From Gloeobacterales cyanobacterium (GTDB taxonomy: Bacteria; Cyanobacteriota; Cyanobacteriia; Gloeobacterales; PMM-0068): 64,000 bases of DNA. The position numbers were made by a program, and so were the translations under genes. Within the stretch, counting starts at the first letter, position 1; the number at the start of each line of letters is the position of its first letter. Under the pieces are notes generated by a model, which was given only the letters and a program-made list of their open reading frames with translations, was not told the DNA's origin and did not search any database. Of the stretch, positions 60,409-64,000 are shown in pieces. The DNA is taken from the NCBI GenBank assembly GCA_038245785.1, contig JBBRSB010000028.1, positions 1 through 64,000 on the forward strand. Direction: 5' to 3'.

Positions 60409-61182
60409 TTAATGACTTTCAGGTTTGGAAGAGCTCAAAATCCTGGCTGCTAACATCGCTGCTCCAAAGCCATTGTCAATGTTGACCACGCCGACGCCAG
60501 CGGCACAGCTATTTAACATGCTGAGGAGAGCCGCCAAACCACCGAAGTTTGCTCCGTAGCCGATACTGGTAGGAACGGCGACCACAGGACAGCGGACCAA
60601 ACCGCCTACAATACTGGCCAAAGCCCCTTCCATGCCTGCTACGACAATCAATACATCTGCCTGATTGAGAATTGGGGCTTTGTCTAAAAGACGATGAATG
60701 CCGGCAACGCCGAGGTCCCAAAGTCGCAGAACTTCAAATCCACACAGCTCGGCCGTCACGGCTGCTTCTTCGGCTACCGGAATATCAGAAGTGCCCGCAC
60801 TGATAACGCCGACTGTGCCCAAACGCTTTTCTAGAGGAATAGTGGCGGAATGGGCGGCACAAATGCGCGCCGTCGGGAAGTATGCTAGCTCACTGGCAAA
60901 GAGACTTTGGACCTGCTCAAAAGCTTCTGCGGTGATCCGGGTGGCCATCGCCACAGCATTGCGCTCCTGCAAGCGCTGCAAAATTTCAGCAATCTGGGCT
61001 GGCGTTTTTCCTGGTCCCCAAACGACTTCTGGAAAGCCTGTACGCACTGCCCGATGGTGGTCTACATTGGCAAATCCCAAGTCCTCATAGGACAGGTTCC
61101 TCAGTTTGTCTAAGGCCATCTCAGGGAGTACGTCTCCTTGGGAGACCCCTTGCAATAGCTGACGGAGCTGTTGTTCGTTCAA
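60409..61182 (-). CDS. larB: LarB/CpmA (AIR-carboxylase-like) protein
   Basis: DHHR..RTGFPEV, SAGTSD, AGMEGAL, PTS.GYG and VNIDNGFGA motifs. Confidence 0.93.
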   Translation of the reverse strand: MNEQQLRQLLQGVSQGDVLPEMALDKLRNLSYEDLGFANVDHHRAVRTGFPEVVWGPGKTPAQIAEILQRLQERNAVAMATRITAEAFEQVQSLFASELAYFPTARICAAHSATIPLEKRLGTVGVISAGTSDIPVAEEAAVTAELCGFEVLRLWDLGVAGIHRLLDKAPILNQADVLIVVAGMEGALASIVGGLVRCPVVAVPTSIGYGANFGGLAALLSMLNSCAAGVGVVNIDNGFGAAMLAARILSSSKPESH

Positions 61183-61266
61183 GAGTTTAATAATTTAAGG
61201 TCCTTTCTACTATAAGAACTTTAGAAACTTTTCGGGAAGACGCTATGTCTAGAGCCTGCGGGATCT

Positions 61267-62463
61267 ATGATGGGCCGTAGATTCTTGGTGGAGAAGGGGA
61301 TGCGTCGTCGTCTAGTCATACCAACCCTGATCGGGGGTATATGGATGCTCAGCAACGGAGCTTGGGGCGCGGGAAGTGAACCGGATTTAGAGCGTGTTCT
61401 CCAGGAGTTCAAAAAAACGTTGCTGCCTAATTATGGGGCAGGCGGAGTCTTTCAGGTCCAAGCCCAAAGACAACAAGGAAAAATTTTGCTCCAAGGACGG
61501 ACGCTGGGCCTCGAAGAAAAAAAAGGGCTCTTAAAAGCGATGGCGGCCTTCGGTTCTGTGGAAGATAAAATCATCACTTTTCCCTACAGTCAGCCGAAGC
61601 CGTATGCCCGCCTAGTGAGTGCCTATGCCGATATGCGCGGCGAACCGAAAGCAGATGCAGAGCTGGTTTCCCAGGCCATCCTTGGCGATAGTTTCCAAAT
61701 TCTTAGCCAGTCAGGAAATTGGCTGGAAGTATTTCGTCAATGGGACGGCTACGTTGGTTGGATTGAGATGGGAAAGCTGGCAATGCTGGATGCTGAAGCC
61801 TTCAGTACGTGGATGAAACGCCCGAAAGCAGTCTTGTTGGAAGAGATAGCCGCAGCGAATAATCAGCCACTCTATCGTGGGTCCATTGTGCCTTTAATGG
61901 ATGATTCTGCTAAAGGCTGGTCGATAGAAGCCCCGGATGGAGAAAAACTCGGTTTGGCCCGTAGTCAAGCCCGTGCTTATCAGATTAAATCCAGCGCTCC
62001 AAAACTGCAAAAACGCGTTGTCGCCATCGCTCAGCAGATTTACACCATTAGCCGCAATGCCCCCTATAGCTATTTGTGGGGAGGGACCAAAGGTTTAGAT
62101 CTAGATTGCAGCGGCTTCAACCAAACCGTATTTCGTTTAGCTGGTGTCGCTCTCCCCAGAGATTCCTATCAGCAGCAGGGATATAGCCTACCCGTAGCCA
62201 AAACTATTGACCAACTGGACGAACTACGTCCTGGTGACCTTGTCTTTTTTAACGAAAAGAAAAAGCGAGCAACCCACACCGGTATTCATGTAGGCAATGG
62301 TATCTTGATCCATTCCTCTGGGCACAACAAAGGCTTGGGCATGAATAACCTAAGAGGCGATAGCGAATACGAAAGCTTTCTTCGCAGCATCTACTGGGGA
62401 AGCGCTAGAGTACCCGCCTTGGCGAAAACAGGGTTGACGGCCAGCTTGCCGCTTTTTGTCTAG
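61267..62463 (+). CDS. NlpC/P60 (C40) peptidoglycan peptidase with SH3b-like domains
   Basis: YLWGG..DCSG..PRDS.QQ..PGDLVFF..HTGI..IHS; signal peptide; start uncertain. Confidence 0.9.
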   Translation: MMGRRFLVEKGMRRRLVIPTLIGGIWMLSNGAWGAGSEPDLERVLQEFKKTLLPNYGAGGVFQVQAQRQQGKILLQGRTLGLEEKKGLLKAMAAFGSVEDKIITFPYSQPKPYARLVSAYADMRGEPKADAELVSQAILGDSFQILSQSGNWLEVFRQWDGYVGWIEMGKLAMLDAEAFSTWMKRPKAVLLEEIAAANNQPLYRGSIVPLMDDSAKGWSIEAPDGEKLGLARSQARAYQIKSSAPKLQKRVVAIAQQIYTISRNAPYSYLWGGTKGLDLDCSGFNQTVFRLAGVALPRDSYQQQGYSLPVAKTIDQLDELRPGDLVFFNEKKKRATHTGIHVGNGILIHSSGHNKGLGMNNLRGDSEYESFLRSIYWGSARVPALAKTGLTASLPLFV

Positions 62464-62669
62464 CTCTGCCATGTAGCGGCGCTATAGCAGGACCAGATGT
62501 GACCTACCCAGCCCAGCGTCCCGAAGGAAACGAACCAGAGGATGCCGGTTACGATGAAGAAGAAGAGCGCAGACCCTATACGGCCTTGCGTCAACTGTCC
62601 GAGACCGGGCAGGAAGAAGCTAGCGACAGCAGCGATGACATTTCCTGAACTACCTTGGCGCTTGAGCAT
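62460..62669 (-). CDS. Small membrane protein (TM2-like)
   Basis: AAVASFFLPGLGQL.QGR motif; AGGAG SD. Confidence 0.75.
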   Translation of the reverse strand: MLKRQGSSGNVIAAVASFFLPGLGQLTQGRIGSALFFFIVTGILWFVSFGTLGWVGHIWSCYSAATWQS

Positions 62670-62721
62670 CTGTAACTCCTAGGCTAACTCTTCTATTTTA
62701 ACGGTTTCATTTAGCCGTTGC

Positions 62722-63357
62722 CTAGGAAGTGCCTGGAGCGCGTTCGGCTTCAATCAAACGTTGGACCATTTGCTGGGCATGATTGCGGAGCTGAGGGTCT
62801 TGGGCCTGATTTTCCACTTGAGACAATTCAGCAATGGCCTGTTCTGTCTTGGAAAGAGCCCAGAGCGCCGTGGCATGCCAGAGGCGAATCGCATCATCAT
62901 CTGGTTTATTGAGCAGCGCCGTCGCAAATTTGGACTCTGCCAGCTCATACTGTTTTGCCTCGTAGGCATTGCGGCCTTCTTCAAACAGTCGGTCTGCCAT
63001 CGCTTGCGGCGAAGTGCGCTGGCCAAGAAGCTGGTCTAGGTTGGGGAGATGTGAGACATTCACGGTTGAAGTGGAGTTAGAACCGGGCATGGCATTGTGG
63101 ACATGAATCACATTGGTGATTTGCGGCGGCATCGAAATGGCCGCAGGCAGGGCGTCGGGGTTAAACTGACGGTCGAACTTTTCGTCACTAGTGACAAGTA
63201 GGCCAATAGTTTCGAAAAAGGCAACAATGCTTGGGATAAAGGTCCAAGAGAAGACTAAGTATAAAACTCCCCAGCCGATTTGCCCCAAATAAAACTTATG
63301 GAGACCAAACCCTCCTAAAAATAAAGCAAGCAGTGCAGCGACGATTCTATTTTTCAT
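62722..63357 (-). CDS. TM2/NINE domain + TPR protein
   Basis: KNRIVAALLALFLGGFGLHKFYLG; C-terminal TPR-like helices; start ATG 63357. Confidence 0.85.
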   Translation of the reverse strand: MKNRIVAALLALFLGGFGLHKFYLGQIGWGVLYLVFSWTFIPSIVAFFETIGLLVTSDEKFDRQFNPDALPAAISMPPQITNVIHVHNAMPGSNSTSTVNVSHLPNLDQLLGQRTSPQAMADRLFEEGRNAYEAKQYELAESKFATALLNKPDDDAIRLWHATALWALSKTEQAIAELSQVENQAQDPQLRNHAQQMVQRLIEAERAPGTS

Positions 63358-63480
63358 AACGGGCTGTAGCCTGGACCACCTTTGGATATCTTTTAGTCTA
63401 ACCAACCTGGACGAAGGCTGTAGCAATACTCTACACTCCTTCAAATATGAACCTGTTTTCAGAATGGTTAGATCGCATAC

Positions 63481-63993
63481 ATGGGCAAAGCGTCTCAGGA
63501 TCTAGAGGTACATGTGTTTAATCGAATCCTTGCATCCAGCCGATATTTAATCATCGTTGCCGTTCTTGGCTCTTTTGGAGCATTTATAACCCTCCTATTT
63601 GCAGGAGCCCTACAGATTGTTTTGACCATTGTGCAGACGGTCGCGCAGCCAGACCCCACCAGTAAGGGACTCAAAGCGTTGTCTCTCTCCTTTATAGAAA
63701 TCATAGATGTATTCTTGCTCGCTACGGTCTTCTATATCGTTGCCCTAGGGCTCTATGAACTTTTTATTGATACGAATATCCAGCTTCCCGCGTGGCTCTC
63801 TATTCAAGACTTAGACGATCTGAAAAATAAGCTCGCTAGTGTCGTGATTGTAGTCTTAGGCGTTCTATTTCTTGGTAAAGCCCTAGAGCAGAAAAGTACA
63901 GATATCCTGCCCTACGGTGCAGCCGTTGCCCTGGTGATAGCAGCGTTGACCTATTTCCTCAGCCAGAAGGTCAAAAAGTCAAAGTCAGAATAG
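63481..63993 (+). CDS. YqhA/UPF0114-family membrane protein
   Basis: ID.FLLA..GLYELF..WL.I.DLDDLK.KL motifs. Confidence 0.88.
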   Translation: MGKASQDLEVHVFNRILASSRYLIIVAVLGSFGAFITLLFAGALQIVLTIVQTVAQPDPTSKGLKALSLSFIEIIDVFLLATVFYIVALGLYELFIDTNIQLPAWLSIQDLDDLKNKLASVVIVVLGVLFLGKALEQKSTDILPYGAAVALVIAALTYFLSQKVKKSKSE

Positions 63994-64000
63994 TTGCGCC

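Overview
Chromosomal window from a cyanobacterium (hli, ndhCKJ, Tab2, gvp and split dnaE genes). I saw almost no HIP1 octamers, which would fit an early-branching lineage; this is an inference. Left to right it holds: a general-stress cluster (0.4-13.9 kb, with a dps pseudogene and tandem hli genes), an AraC-linked detoxification operon, alaS, a Na+/H+ antiporter, an EF-G paralog, ppx, ndhCKJ, a broken DUF433/DUF5615 toxin-antitoxin pair, dnaE, glgP, a gas-vesicle cluster with ArsA and CDC48-like ATPases, a CAT-anticodon tRNA, gyrB, lysA and larB. The standout is dnaE. The two halves of the cyanobacterial trans-splicing split DnaE intein gene (dnaE-n 33729-36296, dnaE-c 37071-38420) are usually far apart in cyanobacterial genomes. 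Here they are adjacent, co-oriented and in the same reading frame, separated only by a free-standing HTH-LAGLIDADG homing endonuclease gene that abuts or overlaps both halves. This 'fractured gene' looks like the intermediate predicted for the origin of the split DnaE intein. Other notable signals are a Fur-boxed candidate sRNA, a 16-bp palindromic motif shared by stress-gene promoters, ~180-230 bp direct repeats bracketing gvpA-G, and nested ~21-27 nt mobile repeats, one apparently inserted in-frame in a gene.
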